From Nannocystales bacterium (GTDB lineage: Bacteria; Myxococcota_A; Polyangia; Nannocystales; Nannocystaceae): a DNA stretch of 64,000 nt. Where the stretch lies: contig JBOEGF010000021.1 in NCBI GenBank assembly GCA_050633305.1, positions 1 to 64,000 on the forward strand, in the 5' to 3' direction. Under the pieces are notes generated by a model. It was not told where the DNA came from, did not search any database, and saw nothing but the letters and a program-made list of their open reading frames with translations. The position numbers were made by a program, and so were the translations under genes. Positions 17,487-28,355 of this stretch are shown here, piece after piece; positions within the stretch are counted from its first letter, which is position 1, and each line of letters begins with the position of its first letter.

Positions 17487-18448
17487 GCAGGGGGGGCCGA
17501 GTCCCGCAGTTCGGCATACGCTTCGAAGAACTGTCTCACGCCTTCGTCGGCCCGAAGCCAGGTATACCGGCCCACATCATCGGGTCGCTCGAGTCGTTGC
17601 GAACGCCACACCGGGTAGTCCTCCAGGCGCTGCAGGAGGCGGTAGTCGAACTGCCCAAACAGCCACGTGAGGATGGTGGTCAGGCCCGGGATTCGCACGG
17701 CGGTCTGAGTGTAGCGGGCAAACAGCCAGGTGTTGTTCTCATCGATCGGCGTCGCGATCGCGGCGAACCGGGCGAGGCCTTCAAAATGCAGGATGCCCAT
17801 CGAGGGCGCGACGAGGTGGGTTGACGCGGCGAACCGTCGCTTCCCGTCGGCCGACGCGAGTTCTCCGTGCACGCGGACATGGGTACCGGTCCGGGTGACT
17901 TCGATGTTTTCCATGCGGCCTGGGACCGGGGCGGTTCGTCGGTGCACATGCGCGACGTGGTGGAAGTCGCTGAGGTTCTCCATGACGCGCAGGTAGTTCA
18001 CTGCGAACGCGTCTTCGAGGTCGAGAAAGGGCCCGCCGTCTGCCTGAAGCTCCGCGTTGAGTTCATCGTCCCAGGGCAGGGGAGGCAGGGTCTCGGTGTC
18101 ATTTCCGTTCCAAACCCAGACGAGGTTGTGTTCGATTCTGCAGGGGAACCGGCGGAGCTGCATACGCTCAGGGATGGGGCCGTCGGGGTGCGGAGGCATG
18201 CACGTGCAACGGCCGTCCTTGTCGAAGCGAAGTCCGTGGTAGGGGCACGCGAGACAGCCGTCCACGCTTCTGCCTCGACTCAGCGCTGCGCCACGGTGAG
18301 GGCAGGCGTCGAAGAAGCACGAGATCGTGCCGTCTGGGGCTCGCCAAAGGACGATCGTGCGGCCAAATCGGGTCAAGCCGAGCGGGCGCTTGCCGACCTG
18401 CGAGGCCCGACACACCGCGTACCACTGCTCCTGGAGGATCGAGTTCAC
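17483..18448 (-). CDS. Rieske non-heme iron oxygenase, alpha subunit
   Basis: Rieske ligands CPHRG and CPYHG; mononuclear-iron motif ENLSDFHHVAHVH; stop overlaps the AraC start. Confidence 0.92.
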   Translation of the reverse strand: MNSILQEQWYAVCRASQVGKRPLGLTRFGRTIVLWRAPDGTISCFFDACPHRGAALSRGRSVDGCLACPYHGLRFDKDGRCTCMPPHPDGPIPERMQLRRFPCRIEHNLVWVWNGNDTETLPPLPWDDELNAELQADGGPFLDLEDAFAVNYLRVMENLSDFHHVAHVHRRTAPVPGRMENIEVTRTGTHVRVHGELASADGKRRFAASTHLVAPSMGILHFEGLARFAAIATPIDENNTWLFARYTQTAVRIPGLTTILTWLFGQFDYRLLQRLEDYPVWRSQRLERPDDVGRYTWLRADEGVRQFFEAYAELRDSAPPA

Positions 18449-18572
18449 CTTCTAGGCCTACGGTTCCCGCCTGGGCTTCGTTTGACCGATCCTGCGCTGA
18501 GGCTTTGGCGCCGCGAAGCGCAGCGCGGGCTGCTAGGATTCCGGCGCACCGGTGGATTCCCGGAGTTCCTCC

Positions 18573-19016
18573 ATGACCTCGGACCGACGATTCGTGATCG
18601 AAGAGCGCCTTGCGGGGCGTCTGCGGCTGAGCCGAGCGGCGACCGGTGGTGAACCGCGCATCGAGGCGGAGGTCGAGGGCGTCGTGCTGGAAGGGGAGTT
18701 GGCGTTGGGCTCAGGAGAGTTTGTCCTGTGGTCGACACAGGACTGCCCGTACGAAGAGACGCTCCACATCACGCTCCTGGGACCTCGCGGCGAGGTCCTA
18801 GACACCCGGGACGTGGGCCGGCCGATGCAGCCGGCAGTGTTTCAGAACCTCGTGACACTTGGTGACGGCGTGGCCGAGTTCGATTTTTTTCCCGAAGAGC
18901 GGCTTCGACTTGAAGTTCAGGACGCTCAGTGTGGTCTACTTACCCACATCCTTCGGCGAAGCCGACTCAAACTCACCCCCACGGATCAGGCCACGACCCA
19001 TGACGAATCCACGTAG
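18573..19016 (+). CDS. Hypothetical protein (candidate immunity protein)
   Basis: Small ORF with the motif TQDCPYEETLHITLL; overlaps the next gene by 17 bp. Confidence 0.65.
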   Translation: MTSDRRFVIEERLAGRLRLSRAATGGEPRIEAEVEGVVLEGELALGSGEFVLWSTQDCPYEETLHITLLGPRGEVLDTRDVGRPMQPAVFQNLVTLGDGVAEFDFFPEERLRLEVQDAQCGLLTHILRRSRLKLTPTDQATTHDEST

Positions 19017-20025
19017 CAACGCCGAACTCGATGCAGCCCTCGAGCAACTGAAGATTCAGGCCCTCAACTTCGGGTCGCGGTTCATCCGCGATTCACGCGT
19101 TCGGCAGGACTACATGACGCGAACGCAGACGATGTCGCGGGAACTCCGCGCCGCGTACGAGAGCGGCCGCATGACGGCGCACGAGGCTGCCACGGCTGCC
19201 AACGGGCTTCGCAACGAGATCATGGAGTTCGCACGGACCCGGTCGAGCGACTTGGGGCGGGCGAAGGCACGGGCGATGAAGGCCAAGGGCCTGGACTTCG
19301 ACGACCTCACCAAGAAGTACGCGAACCGGATGTTCAAACGCGAGTTCGCGACGCTGACCCAGGGCGAGAAGGACCGCGTGCTCATGGAGATCGTCGACTC
19401 TGCGGGCCGCGCCAACCCGAAGGTGAGTGCCCGGGCAGCGCGCCTGGGTGCTGTGGGGCGGGGGCTGTGGGTCCTCTCGGCGGTCGTGGCCATCTACAAC
19501 GTCGGAGTCGCGGACGACAAAACACATGCCGCGGGTCGAGAGGTCGCGGGGATCGCCGGCGGTGTTGGGGGCAGCGCGGCCGCCGGGGCGCTCGCGGGCA
19601 TCTGGTTCGGCCCGGTGGGCGTTGCGGTCGGTGCAGTGATCGGTGGGGTCATGGGCGCCGTCGTGACGGACTCCGTGTACATCGAGCTCACAGGTCCCCG
19701 CGAGGCCAGCGTCCGCAAGTTCCTGCCGCGGTTCACGGGGGTCCTGGGCACCGACGAGACGGGAATCGCAAACGCGCTGGTCGACGAGTACGGAATCGAC
19801 ATGGACAGCTCGGCCGCGGTGTTTCGCGAGCTGATCAACAGCTACAGCAGCGATGCGGACGACGTGGCGCGCGACTACCTGACGCGCGTCAAGAGTACGG
19901 GGGGGTCGCTCGAGCATGCGCTACGGGTCCACCCGACGCTCAAGGATCTTCTTCATGAGATTCTGGACGGCGGTTGGACGACCGGCAGCGAGTACCAGCA
20001 GATGGCGTACTTGCGGGGCTTGTAG
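19000..20025 (+). CDS. Glycine-zipper membrane protein, candidate toxin
   Basis: Basic helical N-terminus, GRANPKV, then hydrophobic Gly-zipper helices (GIAGGVGGSAAAGALAGIWFGPVGVAVGAVIGGVMG). Confidence 0.7.
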   Translation: MTNPRSNAELDAALEQLKIQALNFGSRFIRDSRVRQDYMTRTQTMSRELRAAYESGRMTAHEAATAANGLRNEIMEFARTRSSDLGRAKARAMKAKGLDFDDLTKKYANRMFKREFATLTQGEKDRVLMEIVDSAGRANPKVSARAARLGAVGRGLWVLSAVVAIYNVGVADDKTHAAGREVAGIAGGVGGSAAAGALAGIWFGPVGVAVGAVIGGVMGAVVTDSVYIELTGPREASVRKFLPRFTGVLGTDETGIANALVDEYGIDMDSSAAVFRELINSYSSDADDVARDYLTRVKSTGGSLEHALRVHPTLKDLLHEILDGGWTTGSEYQQMAYLRGL

Positions 20026-20152
20026 ACCGGCCGTGGTGGAGGCCGCGGCAGCGATCCGCAACGACGTCGTTGCAGCCTGCAACGGCGGCCGGGCAAGGAC
20101 CTGGCTCGTGGTCTCTTGAGGATTGGCACGCTTCATGCTCAACCACTCGCGC

Positions 20153-20974
20153 ATGGGGATGCTCGAGCAGACACTGAGACTGGGCCTGGGATTGGGGATC
20201 GCAACCGGAGCGGCAACGGGGTGCGACTTCGGGGATCAGGCAAGCGGCGCACAGGTTCGTCAGGCGATGGACGAGATCGCGCTGACCGGTCAGGCCGCTG
20301 GCTTGGAGAACGGAATCGTGGAGATCACCACGAGCTTCACGCTCGGTGATGGCTTGGAGGCGATGCTCCAAGAGGTTCGCAACTTCGCCGAAAGCCAGGT
20401 CGCCTGCTCGAGCGTCGAGTCGCCCGAACCGGGAATGCTCGTCATCGACTTCGGTGAACTCGGGGATGCGTGTCAGTACCGAGGCAAGACCTACGCGGGT
20501 GTGGTCACCGTGACGTGGGAGCTCAGCGACGACGCGGTCATCGTCGAGCACGACTACGACGGCATCACGGACGGCATCGTGACACTTCAAGGGCAGGCTA
20601 CCGTGACGTGGGCCGAGGCGAGTCGACGGGTGGAGACCGACGTCTCCTTCGAGAATGACCGGACCGCGATCGAGGTTGAGTCCGACCGAACCCAGACACT
20701 GTTGGGTGGGGTGGGCGATGGCATCAAGGTCGTGGGGACACGAGATTGGACGAGTCCCCGGGGCGTGTGGTCCCTGGACATCGACGACGTCGAGATGCGA
20801 GCCGTCGACCCGGTTCCGCAAGCGGGCTCCTACACGTTGACCACCCCCGAGGAGCACGAGCTCTCCTTGGGTTTCAAGCGCCTCGACGAGACGACCATCG
20901 AGGTCTCGATCTCGGGAGGCCGCGACGACTTCACCTTCCAAGTCACCTCGGCAGGCGAGGTCGAAGAGGGGTAG
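20153..20974 (+). CDS. Hypothetical beta-rich lipoprotein
   Basis: Lipobox-like ATG-C; acidic beta-strand-rich body; start uncertain (20123/20153/20159). Confidence 0.7.
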   Translation: MGMLEQTLRLGLGLGIATGAATGCDFGDQASGAQVRQAMDEIALTGQAAGLENGIVEITTSFTLGDGLEAMLQEVRNFAESQVACSSVESPEPGMLVIDFGELGDACQYRGKTYAGVVTVTWELSDDAVIVEHDYDGITDGIVTLQGQATVTWAEASRRVETDVSFENDRTAIEVESDRTQTLLGGVGDGIKVVGTRDWTSPRGVWSLDIDDVEMRAVDPVPQAGSYTLTTPEEHELSLGFKRLDETTIEVSISGGRDDFTFQVTSAGEVEEG

Positions 20975-21021
20975 CGGCTCCGAGCTCAAGGCGAGGCAAT
21001 GAGCAGCGCTCTCAAGCGGTG

Positions 21022-22083
21022 TCAGCCCTCGGGGGGTGGCAGCGCGTCGCAGGAGGACTGGATCAGCTCGAGCGCCTGGGCGAGGGAGTCGGCCAGGTCT
21101 CCCTCGCAGATGTTGCCGAAGTAGCCGGCTGGAACCAGGTCGGTGAACTCTTGCAACACCGCCGCTTCGTCCGCGCTGCCGAACGCGGATTCGCAGTCCA
21201 CGGGTCCAGCGATGGTCACCGCGACGTACCGTTCTTCGCCGCCCGCGAAGGCATCGAGGGCCGCCTTGGTCTGGGCTGGGCTGGTGTCGGTGTAGGTCGA
21301 GTCTTCGTCCTCGTCGGTGAGGTTGATGACCACGAGCAGCGACTCTTCGCCCCGGTAGAATCCGTCGTTGTCCGCACCCGGCGCGACCTTGTCGATGAAG
21401 CGTTCCATGGTCCCAAGCGGTCGCTCTGCGCCGCAGTCGCTGAGCGTGTTGGCCATGGGGATCGGGTTCTCCGCCAAGCAGCTGAAGTTCTCCGACAATC
21501 CGGCGGCGGGTCCGTCGAGCCAGGGCGTACCGCCGGTTCCGCAGTCGCCCATCTCGAACAATCCACCGCCCCAAGAGACGAGCGTGCCATCGAGTCCCAT
21601 GGTGGTGTCGCAACTGCCGTAGGTACCGTTGATGCTTGAGTTGGTGACGCCGACCCGATATCCGAGCGCGCCGTTGTTCTCGACGTAGTCATCGAGCACC
21701 GAGACGAAACCGGGGAAGTTGGCCGCCAAGTTGGCTCGTTCTTGGGACATTGATGCGGAGATGTCCACGACGAAGAGAACGTCGATGAACTCGCAGCCGA
21801 GGTCGCTGCCCGTCCCGGTCTTGGGACCGGGGCCATCCGGTGCGCCGACATCGAGCAGGGGGTCCTCATCGCCCGCGCCAGATTCGCCCGAGCTTCCGTC
21901 GGTGGACGTGGTGTCGGCGTCATCAGGAGCATCCGGGTCGGTCGGGCTCGGCGAAGTGGGGCCGGTGCCGATGCTCCCGGTCCCGCCGGCGGTGGTCTGC
22001 TGGGTCTCCTCACGGACTTCGCCGGCGCAGCCAAGCTGCCCGAGGAGGAGAGCGGCGATGCAGACGGCTTTGCATTGGGTCAC
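21022..22083 (-). CDS. vWA-domain lipoprotein
   Basis: Lipobox QLG-C; MIDAS motif DVLFVVDISASM; LTDEDE. Confidence 0.8.
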   Translation of the reverse strand: MTQCKAVCIAALLLGQLGCAGEVREETQQTTAGGTGSIGTGPTSPSPTDPDAPDDADTTSTDGSSGESGAGDEDPLLDVGAPDGPGPKTGTGSDLGCEFIDVLFVVDISASMSQERANLAANFPGFVSVLDDYVENNGALGYRVGVTNSSINGTYGSCDTTMGLDGTLVSWGGGLFEMGDCGTGGTPWLDGPAAGLSENFSCLAENPIPMANTLSDCGAERPLGTMERFIDKVAPGADNDGFYRGEESLLVVINLTDEDEDSTYTDTSPAQTKAALDAFAGGEERYVAVTIAGPVDCESAFGSADEAAVLQEFTDLVPAGYFGNICEGDLADSLAQALELIQSSCDALPPPEG

Positions 22084-22146
22084 GCACGGAGCGTGGACGC
22101 GGCTTTGCCCGACGGGTCATTTTTTCTTTGGGCCCGCCGGTCGCAT

Positions 22147-23643
22147 TCAGGAACGCTTGTTCTGTGCGCGCGACAACGCCTCGGAAACCGCTGAGATGAG
22201 GGCGGCTCTTCCCACCGGTTTGGGCACCATGGCATCCACGAGCGCCATCTCGGCGGCACCCACTGGGTCGCCGGAGAAGAACAGGACCTGGGCGCCCGGG
22301 GAGTTGGCGCGCACGTCCGGCAACAGCTCGATGCCGCGCTCATGTCCGAGCGTTCGGTCCAAGAGCACGACGTCGTAGCGGGAGTCGAGTGCGGTACGAG
22401 CCGATGCGAGGTCGCCGACCGTGGTCACACTCGCCCCGGCCTGCTGCAGGATTCGTTTGACCAGGCGCTGGATGATCGGCTCGTCGTCCACGAGCAAGAC
22501 CTGCCGCCCACAGAGGTCTCCATCGGCTGTCTTGTGCGTCTGCTTGGGTGGCTTCATCGCTGGTCTTGTTTCAGATTCGGACGTCTCGGGTGGGGAGGAG
22601 AGGGGAAGCAGGACCACGAACTCCGCGCCGCCCCCCTCGCGCGCTCGGTATGCGATCTGGCCGTTCACCTGGCGTAGCGACTCTGCCGATGTCGCAAGGC
22701 CGAGTCCGGTCCCGTCCTTCCCTTTTGAAGTGACAAAGGGCTGGAACAAGACCGGCTCGATATCCGCGGGAACACCCTCACCGTTGTCGCTGACGATGAG
22801 CTCCAACGTGGGTACACCGAGGACTTCTTCGCCTGTCCCTCGGAGCCAGATTGTGGGGCTCTTGCGCCCCGCGACAGCGTGGTTGGCGTTGACGAGCAGG
22901 TTGCTGAGAACCTGCTCCAGCATTCCTGGGCTTTGCCGTACCCACAGCCCCGCTGGAACGGAGTGCATGAACTCCAGGCCGTCGACGGCCACGCGGCGCA
23001 ACCCCTCGACGGCCTCCTCGCAGAGTTTGTGGACCTCGCAGAGCTCCGAACGCTCGTTGTCATAGGAGTGGGCGAGGCCGCGGAGGTCGCCCACGACGAC
23101 CTTGGCTCGGTGGGCGGCCTGCTGCGCATCTATGATGTCGCGAAGCACTCCGTCGTCGCCGTGGGCCTGGTGGGTGAGTCGTGTCTGTGCATCTTCCAGA
23201 CACGCAACGATGATCGTCAGCATGTTGTTGAAGTTGTGCGCGACCCCAGCGCTGAAGCGGCCGATCGCTTCCAAGCGTTCCGCGGCCGCGAGCCGCAGGC
23301 GGAGCATTCGCTCGTGGGTGACGTCCAACATCGCCCCTTGCCACACGTGTCCTTCTCGTCGGCCTGCGAAACGCAGGTAGCGGCGGCCTTCGGGACCCGA
23401 GAAACGGATCGGCCCTGAGGCCCACGTTTCGTCCTCGGACCACGCCGGGAGTTCGCCGTCTTCAAGGCCAGCTTCGAGTTTGGAAACGAACGTGCGGGTA
23501 GGCTCGGGGCTGGCGCATTGGAGCAACTCTGTGGCCACGGGGTTCCACGACGCGACGTCGGCGGAGAAATCCAATCTCCACACCCCCACCTCGAGTGCGC
23601 GTGTGGCGGCTTCGAGCGAGGGGCCCCAGTGGTCTCCGCTCAT
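22147..23643 (-). CDS. Hybrid histidine kinase / response regulator
   Basis: H-box GVAHNFNN, N-box SNLLVNA, DNGEG, FQPFVTSK, GTGLGL; REC domain VLLVDDE...LLD...KP. Confidence 0.93.
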   Translation of the reverse strand: MSGDHWGPSLEAATRALEVGVWRLDFSADVASWNPVATELLQCASPEPTRTFVSKLEAGLEDGELPAWSEDETWASGPIRFSGPEGRRYLRFAGRREGHVWQGAMLDVTHERMLRLRLAAAERLEAIGRFSAGVAHNFNNMLTIIVACLEDAQTRLTHQAHGDDGVLRDIIDAQQAAHRAKVVVGDLRGLAHSYDNERSELCEVHKLCEEAVEGLRRVAVDGLEFMHSVPAGLWVRQSPGMLEQVLSNLLVNANHAVAGRKSPTIWLRGTGEEVLGVPTLELIVSDNGEGVPADIEPVLFQPFVTSKGKDGTGLGLATSAESLRQVNGQIAYRAREGGGAEFVVLLPLSSPPETSESETRPAMKPPKQTHKTADGDLCGRQVLLVDDEPIIQRLVKRILQQAGASVTTVGDLASARTALDSRYDVVLLDRTLGHERGIELLPDVRANSPGAQVLFFSGDPVGAAEMALVDAMVPKPVGRAALISAVSEALSRAQNKRS

Positions 23644-24044
23644 CGTGCGTCCTCCTGGAGTCGAGCGAACAGCCAGTCGTCGGCCTCGGCGGAGGTCTGC
23701 TTCGCAACGGTCGAGAAGGATGGTCTCGCAGCCCACATCATGGCTTGGGTCGCGAGCCGGACCGCGGGTGACTCGACGACGACCGACACCGCGACCACGT
23801 GGCGGGTGAGGATGGGTTCGTGTCGCTTCATCCAGGCCACGGACTTCCTCACGTAGCGAGGTGGGTACGCGGTCAAGGGCCCTGCGTGGAGCCGGAGCAA
23901 CACCCGTTCGCGAAGCTGCAGCGCAGCCAGCAGGGAGTCGAGGTAGTCGTCGAAACCGCGGTCGGTGATCGGCCCGACAACATGCACACCCACGAGGGGG
24001 AGGTTGGAGACATCCACCTCGGCATAGACATCATCGGCGCCCAT
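23640..24044 (-). CDS. STAS/SEC14 (SpoIIAA-like) small protein
   Basis: 134 aa with a PLV.V...G...AVSVVVESPAVR...A..WL pattern; ATGA overlap with the kinase. Confidence 0.6.
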   Translation of the reverse strand: MGADDVYAEVDVSNLPLVGVHVVGPITDRGFDDYLDSLLAALQLRERVLLRLHAGPLTAYPPRYVRKSVAWMKRHEPILTRHVVAVSVVVESPAVRLATQAMMWAARPSFSTVAKQTSAEADDWLFARLQEDAR

Positions 24045-24537
24045 CTTCCGCTTCTCGCACGCTGGCTCACGCGCTCTGCTGAGATGGTAGCAGGCCGTGT
24101 AGGACCGAAACCGGCGGAGCAAGTCTGGACGGCGAACCGGCGGTCCCCGAGAAACCGGCGCTGCCGCTCAGCCGGACCGGGGCGTCCCCGACGGGCCGAG
24201 TGTCACCCGCTTCAAGAGCCGGCCGAGAACGGGCAGCGAAATCCGGCCCGCCCACGAGGCCGGCGCAGAACATGGTTCTACGCCGAGTTGGTTTCGTTTC
24301 AGTCCGCACGGGACCCGAGTGTCGGGCCGCGCGTGAGACAAGCTGAGCCATTCGGGCGCCCCGGGGACGCGGACGCCCGGGGTTTTGCCGCGTCCCGGCT
24401 GGACGGAAGCGTTGCGTCGAGCCACTGGGGCCGGAGCTGCGACGGGGCCGCGGGTCCCCAAGGAGGGGCGCGCGACGTCGAGGCTTTGTCCAGCGTCGAG
24501 CGCATGTGTTGTGGGCGGGTTGCTTGCGCCGTTTGGG

Positions 24538-24699
24538 TCAGGTCTCGGGCGGCCGAACACCGTCGTCGTCGTGAAGGATCCGCATCGCCGGAGTCTCCAG
24601 GTCGTCGAGCTGGCCCTCCTTGACCGTTCGGGCGAACGCCCACAGGGCGAGACCTGCGATCCCCAGCGCGACTGGGATTGCGATGTAGAGCACGCTCAT
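24538..24699 (-). CDS. ccoS: cbb3-type oxidase maturation protein CcoS
   Basis: Hand-translated [46 protein letters not shown]...; located after ccoI. Confidence 0.92.
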   Translation of the reverse strand: MSVLYIAIPVALGIAGLALWAFARTVKEGQLDDLETPAMRILHDDDGVRPPET

Positions 24700-24736
24700 G
24701 ATTCGTCCGACGCAAGCATACCCGCTCGCAGGCTGC

Positions 24737-27145
24737 TCAGGGTTGTGCGCTCGGGGCGAAGCGTCGGGACACCGCGACGGCGATGACGGTCAGCGAACTC
24801 GCTGGCATCAAGAGCGCGGCGACGAGCGGGCTCATCGTTCCCAGCCCCGCCAGCGTCACGGCGATTGCGTTGTAGGCCAGCGAGATGCCAAGCGTGATGC
24901 GAATGGTCTTGACCGTGTTCCGGGCACCGTCGAGCAGCTCGAGCAGCGCGCCCAGGTCGGGGCGGCCGAGGTAGACGGGGGCGGCACGCATACTGGCCTC
25001 CGCGCCATTGCGGACGGCGACCCCCACTGTGGCGGCCATCAACGCGCCGCTGTCGTTGACCCCGTCACCCACCATCACGGTGGGCCCGGGACCGTCACGT
25101 GTCTCGACGATGCGAACCTTGTCCTGTGGAAGCAGACCTCCGCGGCAGTCTTCGGGTTCGAGCCCAAGTTGAATGCCGACGCTGCGAACGACGCTGGGGT
25201 GGTCACCGGAGAGGATCCCAACCGACCATCCGCGCTTCTGCAGGGCCACGACGGTTGAACGCGCATCGTCGCGAATGGGGTCGCCCAACGCACAGACGCC
25301 GACGACCTGGCCGTCGCGCGCGATGAACAAGGGGCTGTGTCCCTCATGAACCCACTCGGTCGCGGGCTTCATGAATCGGGCGGGGATGGGGGCGTCGCAT
25401 GCATCGGCGACGAAGCCCGCGTGTCCGGCGACGATTCGGTGTCCGCCCGCCATGCCCGTGACACCACCGGCTCCCGCCTCGGCCTTCGCAGGAGGAAGGG
25501 CCAAGCCCAGGCTCTCGGCGTGTTGCACGACCGCCGTTGCGATCGGATGCACGACCTGGGCCTCGAGCGCGGCGAGGCTCGCGAGGTCGGCGTCGGCCCC
25601 TTGCCAGTGCACGACGGTCATCTTGCCTTGGGTGATCGTGCCGGTCTTGTCGAGCCACAGCTGACCCGGCTTGCTCAGATGTTGCAGCGCCTCGCCGCCC
25701 TTGACCAAGATCTTGCGTCGCGCCGCTCGGCCCAGCGCGACGCTGATCGCCAGAGGCGTGGCGAGTCCCAGCGCGCAGGGGCAAGCGACGATCAGCAGCG
25801 CGACCGTGTGATCGACGGCGACCGACCCGTCGAGGGTCATCCACATGCCAAATGTGACGACTGCGGCCAGCAGGACGTACGCGACGAACCATCCCGCGAT
25901 GCGGTCGGCGAATCGAACGATCGGAGCCCGCTGGGTGGATGCCCGTTCGACGTCCTCGAGCACGCTACCGATGCGCGTCGCGGCACCCACCGCCCGAACC
26001 CGGAGGCGAATGACCGCCCCCAGGTTGGTGGTGCCCGCGGCAGCGTCATCTCCGACCCGAAGCGTCACGGGCACCGACTCTCCGGTGAGGACGCTTTGGT
26101 CGCAGGTCGTCTCGCCACCGATGATCTCGCCGTCCGCGGGAACGACGTCACCAACGCGAACCTCGACACGGTCGCCCACGACCAGAACGTCGCCCGGTAC
26201 GTCGTGCACACCGTCGTCGTCGACCCTGTGGGCGATGCGGGGGGTAACCCGGTAGAGCACGTCGAGCGCCGACGCGGCGCTGTTCTGCTGACGGACCTGC
26301 ATCCAGCGGCCCAGAAGCAACAGGAAGACCAGGACGCTGAGCGTGTCGAAGTAGATCTCACCCCGGCCCAGGACTGTGTTGATGAGGCCGGCGATACCGC
26401 CGATGGCCAACCCGAGCGCGACGGGGAGGTCCATGTGGGGGCTGCGGCTGCGGAGGGCGGCCAGGGCTCCTCGGAAGAAGGTGCGGCCAGGACCCAGCAG
26501 CGAGAACACACCCACGATGCAGCTCGCCCACCGCAACAGCCCGAGCATGCCGTCGCTCATGTGGGAGAACGCGCCAAGGTAGAGCCCCGTGGCGATCAGC
26601 ATGTTGTTGCCGGCGGCCGCGAACGCGAGCGCCAGTTGAACGATGCGGCTGCGGTTGCCGGCCTGGTCTCCTCGGGCGCTCGTCTCTGAGACGAGGGGAA
26701 ACGGGCGATAGCCGAGCTTCGCCACCCGGTCGGCGATGGAGGAGAGCTGAGCTTGGCCCGGGGTCCAGTGGACGGTCAGCGTGGCCCGTCGCCAGTTGAC
26801 GCGGGCCTCGGAGACGCCGGGCACGACCTGTGGAAGACGTTCGAGCAGCCAGACACATGCGGCACAGTGCATGCCGTCGATGCCCAACGTGACGACGCGG
26901 TCTCCACTAGGCTCGAGCGTGCTGTGCGTCTCGAGGAAGTCTTCCCGATCGAACTCGGCGTAGCGAAGCTGCTTGCCCTGGACCGCTCGGGTGTCTTCGG
27001 CGAACCCGTAGAACGCCTCGAGCCCGCACGAGTGGATCAGTGCGTACGCGGTCGCGCACCCGGAGCAGCAGAATGTACCCTCGGAGTCCTCGGTGGCCCT
27101 CGCAGGGGCTGGGAGGCCGCAGTGGTCGCAGGGGCTCAGTGACAT
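24737..27145 (-). CDS. ccoI: P1B-type heavy-metal (Cu) ATPase CcoI/FixI
   Basis: Motifs CDHCG, CCSGC, GMHCAAC, TGES, CPC, DKTGT, HP and GDGVND. Confidence 0.95.
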   Translation of the reverse strand: MSLSPCDHCGLPAPARATEDSEGTFCCSGCATAYALIHSCGLEAFYGFAEDTRAVQGKQLRYAEFDREDFLETHSTLEPSGDRVVTLGIDGMHCAACVWLLERLPQVVPGVSEARVNWRRATLTVHWTPGQAQLSSIADRVAKLGYRPFPLVSETSARGDQAGNRSRIVQLALAFAAAGNNMLIATGLYLGAFSHMSDGMLGLLRWASCIVGVFSLLGPGRTFFRGALAALRSRSPHMDLPVALGLAIGGIAGLINTVLGRGEIYFDTLSVLVFLLLLGRWMQVRQQNSAASALDVLYRVTPRIAHRVDDDGVHDVPGDVLVVGDRVEVRVGDVVPADGEIIGGETTCDQSVLTGESVPVTLRVGDDAAAGTTNLGAVIRLRVRAVGAATRIGSVLEDVERASTQRAPIVRFADRIAGWFVAYVLLAAVVTFGMWMTLDGSVAVDHTVALLIVACPCALGLATPLAISVALGRAARRKILVKGGEALQHLSKPGQLWLDKTGTITQGKMTVVHWQGADADLASLAALEAQVVHPIATAVVQHAESLGLALPPAKAEAGAGGVTGMAGGHRIVAGHAGFVADACDAPIPARFMKPATEWVHEGHSPLFIARDGQVVGVCALGDPIRDDARSTVVALQKRGWSVGILSGDHPSVVRSVGIQLGLEPEDCRGGLLPQDKVRIVETRDGPGPTVMVGDGVNDSGALMAATVGVAVRNGAEASMRAAPVYLGRPDLGALLELLDGARNTVKTIRITLGISLAYNAIAVTLAGLGTMSPLVAALLMPASSLTVIAVAVSRRFAPSAQP

Positions 27146-27870
27146 GACGGCGGGGGCGCGGACTCGTGTGTCGAGGTCGCGGGACCGGCGGTCGCCTGGT
27201 TCCAGACCATGCGGCCGCGGGTTGTGAGGGTGAGGCCACCGGCGACGAGCATGAGGAGGGGCACAGCCCAGCGAAGGTGTGTGCCCGCGCGGCGGCCCAG
27301 CTTGCCGAGCGCAACGCCGACGACCGCCAGGGCTGGCACCGTACCCAGCCAGAACGTGGCCATGACCAGGGCGCCGTCCGAAATGGACCCGGTTCCTGCG
27401 GCCACGACGACGTAGGCCCACAACCATCCGCATGGCATCAGGCCGGTCAAGATGCCCAGCAACGCCGGGAACGACCGTTTGCCTCGCAGTCGTGCGGCCC
27501 ATCGCACGGGCCCCGTCGCGACGACCGCGGAACTCGTACCCCGGGCCCATTGCCACAGCCCGCGGATGCCGATGCCGACCAGCGCGACCCCAGCGAGCAG
27601 GAGGGCGACGCCTTGCACACCAACCATCGCACCGCCGAGGTCGACGAGGGCGCCCATCGCCCCGGCGCCGAGCCCCAGCGCCACGTACGCGGCGAGTCGG
27701 CCGAGGTTGTAGTGAACCGCCGAGGTGGGCTGCTTCGTCTGAACGACAGGCAAGTGGGTGCGGCTCGGGGCACTCGCGACGGCAGCGAGCGGACCGCACA
27801 TCCCGGCGCAGTGCAGACTGCCGAGTAGGCTGGCGCCCAGCACCGTGCCCAGGGCCGCAAGCTCGATCAT
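27136..27870 (-). CDS. DsbD_2 / TauE-SafE-like membrane protein (cbb3 assembly)
   Basis: Motifs GSLHCAGMCGP, YNLGR, GLMPCGW and FWLGT. Confidence 0.9.
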   Translation of the reverse strand: MIELAALGTVLGASLLGSLHCAGMCGPLAAVASAPSRTHLPVVQTKQPTSAVHYNLGRLAAYVALGLGAGAMGALVDLGGAMVGVQGVALLLAGVALVGIGIRGLWQWARGTSSAVVATGPVRWAARLRGKRSFPALLGILTGLMPCGWLWAYVVVAAGTGSISDGALVMATFWLGTVPALAVVGVALGKLGRRAGTHLRWAVPLLMLVAGGLTLTTRGRMVWNQATAGPATSTHESAPPPSCH

Positions 27871-28355
27871 CGTCGGGCCACCTGTCCGATGGCGATGTCC
27901 TGGATGTCTGTGAAGGTGTCGTCGCCGCGGGTGGCGGTGAGACGCACGCGCCACATGCCGCTGCGCTGCAGATCGAGCTCGGTTACCAGGAGGCCAGGCT
28001 CGGTGGTCGTGAACGCGACCTCTTGCTTCTCGGCGGCGCGTGCTTTGTGGAAGACTTTCGCGGTGACGTCGGCGTCCACCGGTCGGCCCAACGCGTCGGT
28101 CAGCTTGACGACAAGCCGCTCACTGTCGGCCGAGAGTTGCGCCTGCCAGCCGAGGGCCGCGTTGACCGAGCGCTCGGCTTGGGCTGCATCCCAACGGTTT
28201 TCGTAGTCGTCGTACTGCTCGACAACCGCGTGCGAGGGATCGTTGAGGACCTTGTCCAGCGCGAACGTCCACAACACCCCCTGCCCGACGAAGAACATGA
28301 GGATGAACGAGATCCAGAAGCGGCGGGCTCGGCGTTCTTGGGTTGGGGCAGTCAT
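27867..28355 (-). CDS. ccoH: FixH/CcoH family protein
   Basis: One N-terminal TM helix followed by a soluble domain (ALGW, G.WRV); position in the cco cluster. Confidence 0.82.
   Translation of the reverse strand: MTAPTQERRARRFWISFILMFFVGQGVLWTFALDKVLNDPSHAVVEQYDDYENRWDAAQAERSVNAALGWQAQLSADSERLVVKLTDALGRPVDADVTAKVFHKARAAEKQEVAFTTTEPGLLVTELDLQRSGMWRVRLTATRGDDTFTDIQDIAIGQVARR

Noticed and set aside
24045..24537. ~490-bp intergenic stretch with GC hairpins as a possible ncRNA or riboswitch
   Set aside because: No recognisable RNA-family motif, and hairpins are expected at this GC content. An Rfam/Infernal search would settle it.
27146..27799. N-terminal extension of the 1020-aa CcoI ORF
   Set aside because: It overlaps the DsbD_2 gene; the real start is MSLSPCDHC at 27145.
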